A stretch of 64,000 nucleotides of DNA, from positions 32,001 to 96,000 of IMG/VR virus record IMGVR_UViG_3300028591_000128; one strand, written 5' to 3'. A model generated the notes under the pieces. That model did no database searches. It was not told where the DNA came from and saw nothing but the letters and a program-made list of their open reading frames with translations. Positions 35,266-46,050 of this stretch are shown here, piece by piece; position 1 is the stretch's first letter, and each line of letters starts with the position of its first letter. The position numbers and the translations under genes are program-made. Source of the DNA: a virus (lineage: Duplodnaviria; Caudoviricetes).

Positions 35266-37335
35266 CTACTTTCTTGTACTAACAATACATTCAGGTGCTA
35301 CAGTTAGATTAGTTGCGGTAGATCCCGGGTCAGTAAATCTACAGAAACTAATAATATTTATATAAGCTGGATCACAATTGTTCCACACAATGACCGGATT
35401 AGTTACAGAACCTGCATCAAAGTAATCAATACGAGTATCTGAATTCTGTACTACTTTCACTATCTCCATTGTAGTAGGCTTCTGCCCCATATGTCGATTA
35501 GCTGGAGAGAAGTATAATGCAAGATTTTCTTTTACTTGTGCGATTATTGTTCGTGCAACATCATTGGAAACAGGTTTCTTAGTATATATTTGTCCTGCAA
35601 CATAGAATGGAAATACTCGTACATCTCCGAATTCTAATTCAACTGACATAGCTTGAAGTGGACGAAAATCTCTCTTTACTGCATCAATAAACTGCTGAGG
35701 TGGTTTATATTTAATAAACACTTGTCTATTCGCATACTTAGCAGAAGATGTTTGACTTCTTCCCCAATTCGTAGTCATTGCAAAGTCATTGTGTATTGCG
35801 TAACACATCGCTGTGTATGTCTTGAAGTTAGTTATAAATTCTATGGATGGTTCGGTATATTTACCTACAGGAATCTTCAATAGATATCCAGGATACAACT
35901 CACTAGATTCCGTAAGATTATTGTATGCAAGTAAATCCGCTAATGTAACTCCATATAATTTTGCTACTGTTTCAAGCGTCTCTTCTGATGAAAGCCGATG
36001 TGTAGTTTTTGTAACTAGTAGTTCTGTATCTACTTTTGATAACCAATCTAAATCAGATTCACCTTGTGGAAAATCATAATTTGTTATGTACATCTTTCGT
36101 TTTTCTGAATTACTCAGATTAGTGTCTTGATATATTGCAAGATTAGTTTCTAATGCTTTCTGGCAGTCAAGAACAATTCCACAATCTACTCCGGCTTCTC
36201 TATTCAAGAATCTATTGAAGTCAGGAAGTGTAATAAGACTATCCCAAGTATTGATGTAGTTTCTACTGTTATAATATGCTTCCTTTGCTGTTTCAGGACT
36301 TCTACCAGTTACTGTATAAGTGTTTGGTAACTCAACCGTATTAGAAAGATTGGATATAGACCAAGCATTAGACAGTTCATCAGGAAGTGTAGAACTCGGC
36401 TTCGCTTGCAGATAATTGGATAGTACATCTTTACCTACACATCCAATAACTCCTGAGCAATCTAACCAATATACTACCAGATACGAACTAGAATCATATG
36501 CTTCCATCTGATCCAAATAGTTACTTATCTGAATCTGTGCATTGGAATATGAGTCATAGGTAACAGCAAATCTTGGTTCTGGTGTAATGAATTCAGATGG
36601 ACTAGCACACTGAATCCACTGTGTTGCTAAAAACTCATCTGCATCTTTAGATGCTTTCGCCTTTATCCAAATTGCTGTAGTATCAATATGTTGAGATGGA
36701 ATATTGATGATATAATTATTCTTTCTGATAGAATCTACTGAAATTGAATAGTAGCGGAATTCTCCTTCCACAGCCACACGAGTTACACTTTCTCCAGGTT
36801 TCAGTATAACTTCATCTGTATCTACAAATACATTTATGTTTGGTGATACGACAGAACGGGTACTTCTTGAATATGAAGCACCATATGTATTAGTAAGCGG
36901 TAGAATATTATAAGTGATAACTCTTGATTGATTGGTTATATCAGTGTATGCATTCAATGTGGCGAAATTTGCCCCATTGAATCCGAAATCAAATGTGATG
37001 TTTTCATCAATGTTATTTGTAAAAGTTACTTCCGTTCTTGCTGCAGTATACCAACCAAGTTCATACCCGATTAAAGAAAATAATCGTTCTGCATCTTTTC
37101 TTTGTCTGACAGATGGTGCAAATATCTCAGTTGCAAGTGCATCAAGATTAACACCAAGCATATCAGCAACGGATGCAAGAAACTTTCCAAGAACTACACC
37201 GGGATCAGCATCGGCTTCGGGTTTCCATAATTCTGTCATCTTCGGAACAAGATTCCAAAAATCATCCATTATGGAAGTATAGTCTCGGCTAGTGTATTTA
37301 ACTAATCCCTTTTCTACGAAATCTTCTGTTGCCAT
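35266..37335 (-). CDS. Baseplate wedge protein (T4 gp6 / P2 gpJ-like) with an inserted LysM domain
   Basis: YTSRDY, DPGVVL, GRSPET; LysM ETLETVAKLYGVTLADLLAYNNL....LYPGYLLKIP. Confidence 0.8.
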   Translation of the reverse strand: MATEDFVEKGLVKYTSRDYTSIMDDFWNLVPKMTELWKPEADADPGVVLGKFLASVADMLGVNLDALATEIFAPSVRQRKDAERLFSLIGYELGWYTAARTEVTFTNNIDENITFDFGFNGANFATLNAYTDITNQSRVITYNILPLTNTYGASYSRSTRSVVSPNINVFVDTDEVILKPGESVTRVAVEGEFRYYSISVDSIRKNNYIINIPSQHIDTTAIWIKAKASKDADEFLATQWIQCASPSEFITPEPRFAVTYDSYSNAQIQISNYLDQMEAYDSSSYLVVYWLDCSGVIGCVGKDVLSNYLQAKPSSTLPDELSNAWSISNLSNTVELPNTYTVTGRSPETAKEAYYNSRNYINTWDSLITLPDFNRFLNREAGVDCGIVLDCQKALETNLAIYQDTNLSNSEKRKMYITNYDFPQGESDLDWLSKVDTELLVTKTTHRLSSEETLETVAKLYGVTLADLLAYNNLTESSELYPGYLLKIPVGKYTEPSIEFITNFKTYTAMCYAIHNDFAMTTNWGRSQTSSAKYANRQVFIKYKPPQQFIDAVKRDFRPLQAMSVELEFGDVRVFPFYVAGQIYTKKPVSNDVARTIIAQVKENLALYFSPANRHMGQKPTTMEIVKVVQNSDTRIDYFDAGSVTNPVIVWNNCDPAYINIISFCRFTDPGSTATNLTVAPECIVSTRK

Positions 37336-37778
37336 CAGCCACTACTCCTTCCGAATAATCTATCTTGTTCCTCTGACATATCAATAGTTACATTTAGCAC
37401 ATCCTTGTAAATTGATTGCATTGCTACTGTCATCTTCAATGAATTTAGATCTGCTACAGCATTTGATTCTGCATCAGAACCTGTAAATAACAGTCCATCT
37501 GCGAACTGTGTTTTATCTGCTTCTACACAAGGTTCATGTTCATCAAGTTGTGCTTTGATTCTATCTTGGATTATAGCTTTAGTATTTGCTGTATTGTACT
37601 GCCACAGGTATTGTTTTAATCCCACACCAAATGTTGGATTATTATACAATTCCGTAGGTTCTGTCAAGATAAGTAGTCTTGACCGATTTACAATAGAATC
37701 TCTCCCGGTTTTTACAGAAACACAATTTCTTGATACATCAAACATTGTAGGGAATGAAATACTTGTTGTGTTATTCAT
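37335..37778 (-). CDS. Baseplate protein gp25-like
   Basis: LILTEPTELYNNPTFGVGLKQYLW...HEP. Confidence 0.75.
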   Translation of the reverse strand: MNNTTSISFPTMFDVSRNCVSVKTGRDSIVNRSRLLILTEPTELYNNPTFGVGLKQYLWQYNTANTKAIIQDRIKAQLDEHEPCVEADKTQFADGLLFTGSDAESNAVADLNSLKMTVAMQSIYKDVLNVTIDMSEEQDRLFGRSSG

Positions 37779-38080
37779 CGATTATTACCTCCGTCGGTTA
37801 CGTTGGAATAATATGCTCCGCCTGTAAGTCCTAAAACAAAGAATTTTGAACTACTTTCATTGGTAGATGCCAATGCTACTACCTCACCATCATTAGGAAG
37901 ATGTGGTAATAACACGGATGGATAGTATGGTAAATCTGCATCTAAAACATATCCACGGACTTGTTGACCATTGTATTCCCTTTGGTCCATAGGTCCGTGA
38001 ATAGAAGGTATCCTCACTTTGATAAGTAATGTACCATCACCTGCATACTTATAGCCTTTTACATATCCATTTATAATCAT
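37775..38080 (-). CDS. Stand-alone gp5/gpV OB-fold-like spike protein
   Basis: IKVRIPSIHG and LPNDGEVVAL motifs; baseplate context. Confidence 0.55.
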   Translation of the reverse strand: MIINGYVKGYKYAGDGTLLIKVRIPSIHGPMDQREYNGQQVRGYVLDADLPYYPSVLLPHLPNDGEVVALASTNESSSKFFVLGLTGGAYYSNVTDGGNNR

Positions 38081-39891
38081 GTTTTACTTCCTAACTTTGG
38101 AAAATATTGTGCAGGGTCTACCGTTGAGGTGCTTCTATAGTTAGAACCAGAACCTGTACCTTGTAGCAATGCACCGACATGTACCTCTAGATGTAAGTGT
38201 GCTGCCATCCCAGGAAGTCCTGTGTTTCCTACTTTTCCAATTTCTTGACCCGCTAGAACTGTTGCACCCATAGAAAGTGGAGTTCTACTCTGCATATGCT
38301 GATATAAAGTGTAGAATTTATTTCCGTGGTCTATAACAACATAATGACCTCTTGCACCTGAACGGTCTATTTTACATACTTTTCCATTTCCACAACTTAC
38401 AATAGATGCTCCAGATCCACCACCTATATCTACACCATTATGCCAGGTAGTTGCACCAGCTATACCTACATTACCTCTGTAACCATATCCGGATGTGTAC
38501 TTACCTACAGTTACAGATGGTACAGGCCATGTTAGGTACCATGAAGGAGTTGTAACAGATTTCTGTACAGTAGGATTATTTGAATAATCTGCATTAGTAG
38601 CTGCGGATGTAGTTACTATCTGTGACCAAAAATTTTCAGCATTTGTTTGTCGTCTCAATGAAGAAGTATCAACATTAGCAGGTCTTTCAAATACTCGGAC
38701 GAATCTATCAGCAGCATGTTTTGCACCTTCTAGTGTATTCGGAACTTGCTTCAATTCAGCAACTAAACCTGAATAAGAAGTATCTAATTCGTGAAGAAGG
38801 AAATCAAGCTGACCAGATAAATTGTTCTCCCAACCTGATCCAACATATGCAATCATTGCACGTCCACGTGCATTGTGCCATTGGCATATACCAAATGATG
38901 TACCACTATCTCCTATGCAATTGGTTCTAAAATCGCTTTCTTGTTTTATATTAGCAATGATTCCAATTGCTGCAGCTGTATTGAATCCTTTACCAGTTAA
39001 GTATTGAACACAAGTTCTTGGTAATGTGTCAAGTCCGTCAATGTTATCAGGAGAACCACTAATACCAGGTATTCCACCACTTTGTAGTCTGTATAAATCA
39101 TTAAGTAATCCGGTGTAATTCACCACCGCTAACCGAACACCTGTCATATTTATACAAGGTTTCCCATCCTTATCTAAATATGCTACTTCACGGATTGATG
39201 CATCCGCTTTTGTACTTTCTGTAGTGTACAGTTGCGTAGAGAATGTACCATCAATTTGGTAAGTAGACATACTTGGATCTGCATTTGGACTATAGGTCCC
39301 TGTTGTTGGTGCAGTGTATGCAACTACACCATTTGCTCTTGACCAATCAGGTCTGACATAGAATGATATGTTTTCAGAATTTATACTGTATGAGGATTTC
39401 GCTATCTTGTTTCTGCTTCTATCTCCAGAACCACCACAATTACCTTCAATTGTATACACTTTTCCGTCTCTGCAATCTGTAACCATACCTATGTGGGATG
39501 CAGAATACCTCCCATATGTAGCAGTTCCATTTCGCACACTATTGTAGAAAGATTCGTTTCCTCGTTTCCATACAAATATTATCATGTCACCACGAGATGG
39601 AACAACGTTTGTCCTACCCCATAGTGGACCATCTATTCGTTTACCTCCATAAGTTTCAAAGGCTTTTCCACACATACCTGCATAGAATATTCCTTCTTGA
39701 CCTTTCTTAGGAAATACAGTACCGCTTAGATTAGTATATATTCCAGCAGCTACTACAGTTGCAGCACACCAATCAGATGTAACTCCGGTAACTTTTCTCT
39801 GCCATTCATAGCCGGAACCAAGTTGAGATTCCACTGCGGAAATAACAATATTTGCAGGATGTAAAGGATCGGATAAATTAAGTAATGGCAT
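38077..39891 (-). CDS. Virion-associated hydrolase: CHAP + phage tail lysozyme + M23 peptidase
   Basis: DWCAA/HIGMV/IEGN; GFNTAAAIGIIANIKQES..GICQW..FERP; HNGVDI, YQHM, HLHLE. Confidence 0.85.
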   Translation of the reverse strand: MPLLNLSDPLHPANIVISAVESQLGSGYEWQRKVTGVTSDWCAATVVAAGIYTNLSGTVFPKKGQEGIFYAGMCGKAFETYGGKRIDGPLWGRTNVVPSRGDMIIFVWKRGNESFYNSVRNGTATYGRYSASHIGMVTDCRDGKVYTIEGNCGGSGDRSRNKIAKSSYSINSENISFYVRPDWSRANGVVAYTAPTTGTYSPNADPSMSTYQIDGTFSTQLYTTESTKADASIREVAYLDKDGKPCINMTGVRLAVVNYTGLLNDLYRLQSGGIPGISGSPDNIDGLDTLPRTCVQYLTGKGFNTAAAIGIIANIKQESDFRTNCIGDSGTSFGICQWHNARGRAMIAYVGSGWENNLSGQLDFLLHELDTSYSGLVAELKQVPNTLEGAKHAADRFVRVFERPANVDTSSLRRQTNAENFWSQIVTTSAATNADYSNNPTVQKSVTTPSWYLTWPVPSVTVGKYTSGYGYRGNVGIAGATTWHNGVDIGGGSGASIVSCGNGKVCKIDRSGARGHYVVIDHGNKFYTLYQHMQSRTPLSMGATVLAGQEIGKVGNTGLPGMAAHLHLEVHVGALLQGTGSGSNYRSTSTVDPAQYFPKLGSKT

Positions 39892-39902
39892 AGTGCATCA
39901 CC

Positions 39903-42011
39903 TCAACTTTTCCAATAGTCAATTATATTCGTGATTCTATCACACTGATTTAATCTTATCTTAGATTGAATGATTCCCTGTTCTGGACTTGCAGCTTCAA
40001 TCATTTGATCTCCACCAATATACAATGCTACGTGGTGTGGATAATGCATTACATCTCCAGGTTGAGCATTTTGGATTGTTACTTGTTTACCGTATGCCGT
40101 AGTCAATGTAGTACGATTAGGGTACAGATTCATACCGAATTTCTTATATACAGCACATATTAGTCCTCCGCAATCTGTAGGTTCTCCAGGTTTCGTACTT
40201 GTAGCACCCCAAACATAAGCTGTCCCTACATATTGTTTTGCATACGCAACCATTTGATTCCTTAAGAATCCATTCGCTCCTGTTGCAGATGGAGTTGCTA
40301 CTGCTGCAATAGATTCAGCAGCATTTGCAAGTAATTGTGATGGGGTTACGCCGGGTGTAGCAACTGTACCATCCGTATCAAACAATGTTGGGTCAAGTAA
40401 GTTATCTAATGGATCTAAGTCCTTTAGATGTTCTATCAGATAAAGATAAAATTCGTCTTGCCACTTATCCCATGAGATTTGATCTAATTTTTTCCTGTTA
40501 CAGATAATGCCCATCTTACCGCTGAATCCTAGATTGGCTAAAGATTGATTGTATTGTGTGAGCAGAGCATCATTAGTCTTTTTCGTAGTACCTAAATTTT
40601 CTATGTTTAACCATACACCCAACCTTGGTGGATGTCGATAGGTTTGATACTGAAAATATTTAATTTCCTCTTTCGCATCTTCTGTGGTTTTTGCTCTGCA
40701 TATTGTGTACATGCCATAAGGTATTTCCACCTTATCTAATCCTGCAATCTGTTTTTCTATGTTAGGATTGTCAAACTTAGCAGTACGTCTTCCGTTTGTA
40801 TCATATCTGTATCCAGCTTCGATGATTGCTCCGGTTACTCTTATATCTTTCAATGTTTTGTAATCTACACTTGCGTTTCTATCAAACATTGCAATATAGG
40901 GATTGAAATTAGTTGGATCCAGATTCAAGTTTAGATTCAACCGAACGCCACCGGAAACACGATTAGCTTGTTGAATGATAGTATTGTATATCGTCTTGTT
41001 TGTGTTTTCATCATAGTTCTTACCACCAGTTACTACGAAAGAATCTTTGATAGCAGTATATGCATCAATGTAACAAATGGCAGGAATAAGATATTTCTGC
41101 ATCTCTGCATTAAATTTTTCAATCTTAGCATTTGTCATGTTACCATGACCAGATCTGCTGATAGGTGTGATAGATGTGAAGTATACACCACAACCTCTTA
41201 GTAACCAATTAGTTGCGTACTTATTGATCTTTTCAGCATAATCTTTTGCTTTTGTATAATTAGGGTCATTCCAACCACCCATGATACATACAGCAGATTT
41301 GTTGTTGATTTCTTGATCAAACAGAAACTTGTCGTATCCAATCCATGAACAAGCAGGATCTTTCTTAGTGAACCAAAAGTTCAGGTCGGTGCCTATTGTA
41401 TTGTGTAAAGCAGTTGCTCTTGAATCACCTATGAATATGACTCTTCGCATATTCTCTCGTGTTATAGCAAGCTGTGCATTGGCAATCTGAACAATGTCAG
41501 GATGATGTGCTATGACCCACTGTCCAGGGTCTGATTTCTTAGAAAACCATGTGTGAATAAACATGTTCTGCTCAGCAATTGGACCACCTGCTCCAGCCGC
41601 TTGACCATATTTCTTATCATTCTTCCATTTTAATTCTTTGATGTTATTACGTATACATATATCTACAAGCAAATCAGTTAAAGCTTGGTTCGCTGCATCA
41701 CTTATTGGATATGGGGATTTATCCACACTAGCAGACACCATAATAGATATAGAACGATTATCAGCACCCGTGCTGGACAATGCCATAGCTGCATTCTTTT
41801 CGTCTACAAACACAGCAATGTTTCCGTAACTATCTATGCCATAGTGGCAAGATGATTTGTTCGCTTTATCTGCATATAGCTTTCCCATACTATCCAATGA
41901 TAACACACCACATGGACAGTGAATTGCTATGCAATCAATCTTATGAGCTCTCTTAGTGTAATTCGGAGATATTATAGATTTGGTAACAAGACTACTATAT
42001 GCCATAATCAC
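39903..42011 (-). CDS. Virion-associated hydrolase: amidase_2 + SGNH-like + GH25-like + NlpC/P60
   Basis: IAIHC, SCHYGID; FIGDSR...GWND; IIEAGY...IPYGMY...VWLNIE; YVWG..DCGGLI..HHVALYIG. Confidence 0.75.
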   Translation of the reverse strand: MIMAYSSLVTKSIISPNYTKRAHKIDCIAIHCPCGVLSLDSMGKLYADKANKSSCHYGIDSYGNIAVFVDEKNAAMALSSTGADNRSISIMVSASVDKSPYPISDAANQALTDLLVDICIRNNIKELKWKNDKKYGQAAGAGGPIAEQNMFIHTWFSKKSDPGQWVIAHHPDIVQIANAQLAITRENMRRVIFIGDSRATALHNTIGTDLNFWFTKKDPACSWIGYDKFLFDQEINNKSAVCIMGGWNDPNYTKAKDYAEKINKYATNWLLRGCGVYFTSITPISRSGHGNMTNAKIEKFNAEMQKYLIPAICYIDAYTAIKDSFVVTGGKNYDENTNKTIYNTIIQQANRVSGGVRLNLNLNLDPTNFNPYIAMFDRNASVDYKTLKDIRVTGAIIEAGYRYDTNGRRTAKFDNPNIEKQIAGLDKVEIPYGMYTICRAKTTEDAKEEIKYFQYQTYRHPPRLGVWLNIENLGTTKKTNDALLTQYNQSLANLGFSGKMGIICNRKKLDQISWDKWQDEFYLYLIEHLKDLDPLDNLLDPTLFDTDGTVATPGVTPSQLLANAAESIAAVATPSATGANGFLRNQMVAYAKQYVGTAYVWGATSTKPGEPTDCGGLICAVYKKFGMNLYPNRTTLTTAYGKQVTIQNAQPGDVMHYPHHVALYIGGDQMIEAASPEQGIIQSKIRLNQCDRITNIIDYWKS

Positions 42012-42526
42012 TCCCCTGCATTATTAATCATGTTATCTAGTCCTGTAGCATCAATAGAATCTTCAAAATAGGTATCATAAGGTTCAGTATATGCATAATC
42101 TGCTAAATCTTGCAATCCACCATTTATGAGTGATGTAGCATCGGCTTTGTACCAATCTTCTGTACCTATTCTAACTGGCCAATCAGATACGTCTTTCGTA
42201 TACACTTCGGCATGTACATATTTGTCCACAGACCCAATGAGATACCATTTTTCTACAATATCATTGAGTGTTACTGTTACAGTTTTAAGTCGTTTGTAGC
42301 AAACACAAAAGGACGAACCAGTCTGTATTACAACTGTTCGTCCGGAATTTTCATACCCAATATAAGCAATCCGTCCTCGGTAAACAGCAAATACATTGTT
42401 TGCTTTTACATCAATTCCGGTATGAAACTTCTTTAGTATCTTAAATTCTGGATTAGATTTACTCATGACACAAGGTTTGAGTAATTCTGTATCATTCATT
42501 GTTATCGCACAGTTTGGGATAATCAT
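42008..42526 (-). CDS. M23-like protein, partly degenerate
   Basis: FHTGIDV, VFAVYRGRI, YVHAEV. Confidence 0.55.
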   Translation of the reverse strand: MIIPNCAITMNDTELLKPCVMSKSNPEFKILKKFHTGIDVKANNVFAVYRGRIAYIGYENSGRTVVIQTGSSFCVCYKRLKTVTVTLNDIVEKWYLIGSVDKYVHAEVYTKDVSDWPVRIGTEDWYKADATSLINGGLQDLADYAYTEPYDTYFEDSIDATGLDNMINNAGE

Positions 42527-42543
42527 ATTTTAAAATGTCCTCA

Positions 42544-44043
42544 CTAACTTGCTTCGGATTGCATATGTTCGTAGGTTGGGAAAAGTGTTCCGAAATCTAC
42601 TTTATATGGAGTTTTTATGTTAGTAGTTTGTTCAAATGAACCTGCAGGATATCCGCTAGCACCTGATACAAATATGCCTTGTGCTGATGCCACTTGGTTT
42701 GCAGAACTCATTGTAAGTCTTTGAATCTTCAAAGTTGTAGTAAATGTATCTGATATAGAGTGCGACACAGACATTATATTGTAAATCCCAGATATAGGTG
42801 ATAGCGTATTACCAGACATTACTAATAATGAAACTGGTTGTGCTACATTATATTTCTTAGTGCTACCTGAAATAGTAACTGTGAAATCTCCGCTAAACTG
42901 AGATGCAATAGCATTGATATCATTTATGATATTCACAGTTTGGAATACATCTGACATTGAATTACTCCAACTGTTCACTACTTCTGCATCTTGTATAACA
43001 GTATTTCCAGAACCATCTACCATAAATCCTACAGATGTAAAGTTCATATCTGTCATGTTGTAAGCAACACCATTGTAGGAACCACTTAAAGATAGAATAT
43101 TTGTGTCAGCTGTACCATACTGCAATACATCACGTATCTGAGAAGTTGTAAGTCCTGCGTTACTCTTGTAATGTATTGTACCTGGAGATGTCATTGTAGG
43201 TTCATCTACCCAATAGGAAAATGATGCACATTGTGGTGTAGCATCCGTAAGTCCCTTCTTCAAGAATTTAGATACAGGAGATATGGTAATATTATTCAGC
43301 ACTTGGCTTAATTTCTTTACCGTAGGAATCAATCCTGCACTATCTCTTGAACTACTATAAGATTTAGATAACTTTAGCAATCCGGGAAATGTATCATAAT
43401 CGTCTTGACCGGAATATGTACCCCTAACATATTGATTGAAACTAGTTGTTAAAGCTCCGTGTGTTACAAGTGTAGGAGCATCATTGTGATCTATATCTAA
43501 GTTGTAATATGTTGTTGCTTTAACTGCCTTTGCAAGCCCCTCAACAAGTGCAGATGGTTGGACAATACCTGATACTTCTGGAATACGAAGAATAGGTGTA
43601 CTACTCTGTGCTGCTTGCGAAGCATATCCAGATACTGTGTAAGTCATGTATAATCCAGAAGTACTAACCTTATACTGCAATGTAAATCCTTGATATGACA
43701 GATACTCAGAAATATTTCCATCATTATCTAACCATCCAAAGGAGAATGCTACTGGAATTCCGGATGAATTTGGATACTTACTTGCAGCTTGTGCTGATGT
43801 GTATAGCAGAGCTTCAAATGCAGCTATGTTAGATTTCTTATTAGCATCTCCACCAACTATAACAGTCAATGTCCATGAGGAAAATGATGCTATTTCAGAA
43901 TTATTCATTTCAAGTTTACTGAATGGGGATGGTATCTTTAACCCAAAATCGGTCAGGGATACCCCTGCGATTGCAAAATTTACCCAAGTCTGTTTCTTCA
44001 TAAATAGAACTCCTAAACAGTAGTTATAGGAACGTCCATACAC
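42544..44043 (-). CDS. Putative baseplate hub protein
   Basis: C-terminal SGIYNIMSVSHSISDTFTTTLKIQR is typical of hub (gp27/gpD-like) proteins. The likely start is at MKKQTW. Confidence 0.55.
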   Translation of the reverse strand: MYGRSYNYCLGVLFMKKQTWVNFAIAGVSLTDFGLKIPSPFSKLEMNNSEIASFSSWTLTVIVGGDANKKSNIAAFEALLYTSAQAASKYPNSSGIPVAFSFGWLDNDGNISEYLSYQGFTLQYKVSTSGLYMTYTVSGYASQAAQSSTPILRIPEVSGIVQPSALVEGLAKAVKATTYYNLDIDHNDAPTLVTHGALTTSFNQYVRGTYSGQDDYDTFPGLLKLSKSYSSSRDSAGLIPTVKKLSQVLNNITISPVSKFLKKGLTDATPQCASFSYWVDEPTMTSPGTIHYKSNAGLTTSQIRDVLQYGTADTNILSLSGSYNGVAYNMTDMNFTSVGFMVDGSGNTVIQDAEVVNSWSNSMSDVFQTVNIINDINAIASQFSGDFTVTISGSTKKYNVAQPVSLLVMSGNTLSPISGIYNIMSVSHSISDTFTTTLKIQRLTMSSANQVASAQGIFVSGASGYPAGSFEQTTNIKTPYKVDFGTLFPTYEHMQSEAS

Positions 44044-44588
44044 TTTACAAGAGTATCTACGAGTTCACGTGTTGTATCTGTAAATATAAATTCGTCTTTA
44101 TGCTCATTGTACCATGCAAGTGCTGTAGATTCCGGATTCTTGTATGAAAATGAGTGCCAATCACAAAGCATTTCACAGATATAATCCAAAGGCATATCCA
44201 TAGGAACAATATCACCGGAATCTCTTACCAGTACCCAATACTGCCAATGATGAGGATTTACATGTTGATGATGCAACCAAGCAAGGTCAAAAGCAAGTTC
44301 ATCGTCATAGAAATCATCTCCATACGGATAGAAATGGTTACAGTATGGAATGAACTCCACATCTTCTAACTTAGAAAGATCATGTTCATTCACATGTGAT
44401 TCTGCAAGATCAATAATATATTGTCCATATTCATTCTCAACCATATATGGCTTCAATACATTATACCAAGAGGATTTTACACCACCAATATGATCATCTA
44501 GATATTGATAATATTCGTCTTTTCGTGGATTCAAACATGTATCTACGGGGGTAAAATTTTTGAATTTTTTATGCTTTCTTATAATCAT
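44013..44588 (-). CDS. DUF5662-like HD-type protein
   Basis: HDLSKL, AWLHHQHVNPHHWQYW, MP..YICEMLCDW. Confidence 0.7.
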   Translation of the reverse strand: MIIRKHKKFKNFTPVDTCLNPRKDEYYQYLDDHIGGVKSSWYNVLKPYMVENEYGQYIIDLAESHVNEHDLSKLEDVEFIPYCNHFYPYGDDFYDDELAFDLAWLHHQHVNPHHWQYWVLVRDSGDIVPMDMPLDYICEMLCDWHSFSYKNPESTALAWYNEHKDEFIFTDTTRELVDTLVKCMDVPITTV

Positions 44589-44591
44589 TCT

Positions 44592-45038
44592 TTACTCCGT
44601 TCCAAGATTCAATGTGATCGGACTTACACTTGCAAGGCATTCACCCTTACTGAATAATTGAGTTATATCATTAGGTATCATCAATCGTTGTCCAGGTTTA
44701 GCAGTATATCCATCTTGAATTCCATTGAAATATGCAATCACCCATGCATACTGAGCCGATCCCAGAGTTTTATATGCAATAATGTCAAGACGATTTTCTT
44801 CAGAAGTAGGTACTTCGTAGTAAGTTACTTCGGTATTCGTAACAAACGGATTAGGTGTTTCCAATGTGATAAACCTATCTTCTGTCGATTGTGGATTATT
44901 GACTACTTGTCGAAGTCTACGATATCTGCATATGTGATTGTAATCTCGACATACACCGTACTGTATTCCATCATGCGGAACTGTATCATAAGGTTCTAGT
45001 GTATTATACCATTTCATTATGCACCACCACCTATCCAA
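44592..45038 (-). CDS. Baseplate wedge gp53/LysM-like protein
   Basis: RLDIIAYKTLGSAQYAWVIAYFN...PGQRLMIP. Confidence 0.75.
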   Translation of the reverse strand: MDRWWCIMKWYNTLEPYDTVPHDGIQYGVCRDYNHICRYRRLRQVVNNPQSTEDRFITLETPNPFVTNTEVTYYEVPTSEENRLDIIAYKTLGSAQYAWVIAYFNGIQDGYTAKPGQRLMIPNDITQLFSKGECLASVSPITLNLGTE

Positions 45039-46044
45039 TCAATGGTTTATTCTTAACCGTGTAGAAATCTAACTTGGTCTCGGATACTTCAGTTATTGAT
45101 ATATCTAATTTGCATTCAAGATAGAACCCATCTAACCCAAGTGGTCCACCCCAATGAGGAGTAACCGATGTCATGATTCCGGATATGATTGGATTTCCAT
45201 GTATATATAGTGTTACTGTAGATGAATTCACCGCAGACCCTTTGTATTCCGGGTAACAATTGGCTTCACATGCACGAATCAATTCATTAGCTTTTCCATC
45301 TCTATGATCACCTGTCCACATATCTCGATGGAAATGGAAACTAAATGACATTTCTCTTGGGCCAGAACTCTGATAGATTTGCCATGGTTCATATTGATAG
45401 AGCATTTCAGGCATCGTTGTATAATTAGCCTTAACTCCATCACCAAGTTCTTCAGGATACACAGGAAAATCTATTCTACTGTCGTCTATAGATGAATGAA
45501 GTGTTACTTCTCCCCAAGGAATCTTGAACCATTGAAATACTTCCGTACCACCACTACTTCCGGTACTAACTGTAGCATCAAATGCACCTGGTGTTGTTGC
45601 CACACTATATTCATTAAATACGGATGGATTTACTTCTTGACCATTTTTAAAGAATTTCATTACTTTATTATAAATTCCAGATTGAACGGATTCACCATTT
45701 CCCATAACTTCTGTAGAATCTTGTAATCTTATGGAATCAGGTACACGCATCATTTCTGGTAATGTATTACATGCAGATAAAATTTTCCACCCAATATCAT
45801 CCATTAATGCGGCATATTCAAATATATCTGAATCTGTAGTCAAACCATTCAGCAATGAAATTTTCCGATCATAAGTAACTTCTGATAAATCTGAAATCAT
45901 TTCATTACATCTATCAATAAATGCTTTTCCAATTTTAGGAACCCGTTTGACACCATTTAGATGCAAGAATCTATCTAGAGCATCGCCAAGTTCTTCATTT
46001 AAATCTGATAAAGTAGTATCTTTATTTATAGATAATAATTGCAT
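45031..46044 (-). CDS. Tail tube initiator-like protein
   Basis: FPVYPEEL.D...ANY...EPWQIYQSSGPREMSFSF; located downstream of the tape measure gene. Confidence 0.55.
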   Translation of the reverse strand: MQLLSINKDTTLSDLNEELGDALDRFLHLNGVKRVPKIGKAFIDRCNEMISDLSEVTYDRKISLLNGLTTDSDIFEYAALMDDIGWKILSACNTLPEMMRVPDSIRLQDSTEVMGNGESVQSGIYNKVMKFFKNGQEVNPSVFNEYSVATTPGAFDATVSTGSSGGTEVFQWFKIPWGEVTLHSSIDDSRIDFPVYPEELGDGVKANYTTMPEMLYQYEPWQIYQSSGPREMSFSFHFHRDMWTGDHRDGKANELIRACEANCYPEYKGSAVNSSTVTLYIHGNPIISGIMTSVTPHWGGPLGLDGFYLECKLDISITEVSETKLDFYTVKNKPLIG

Positions 46045-46050
46045 ACCTTA

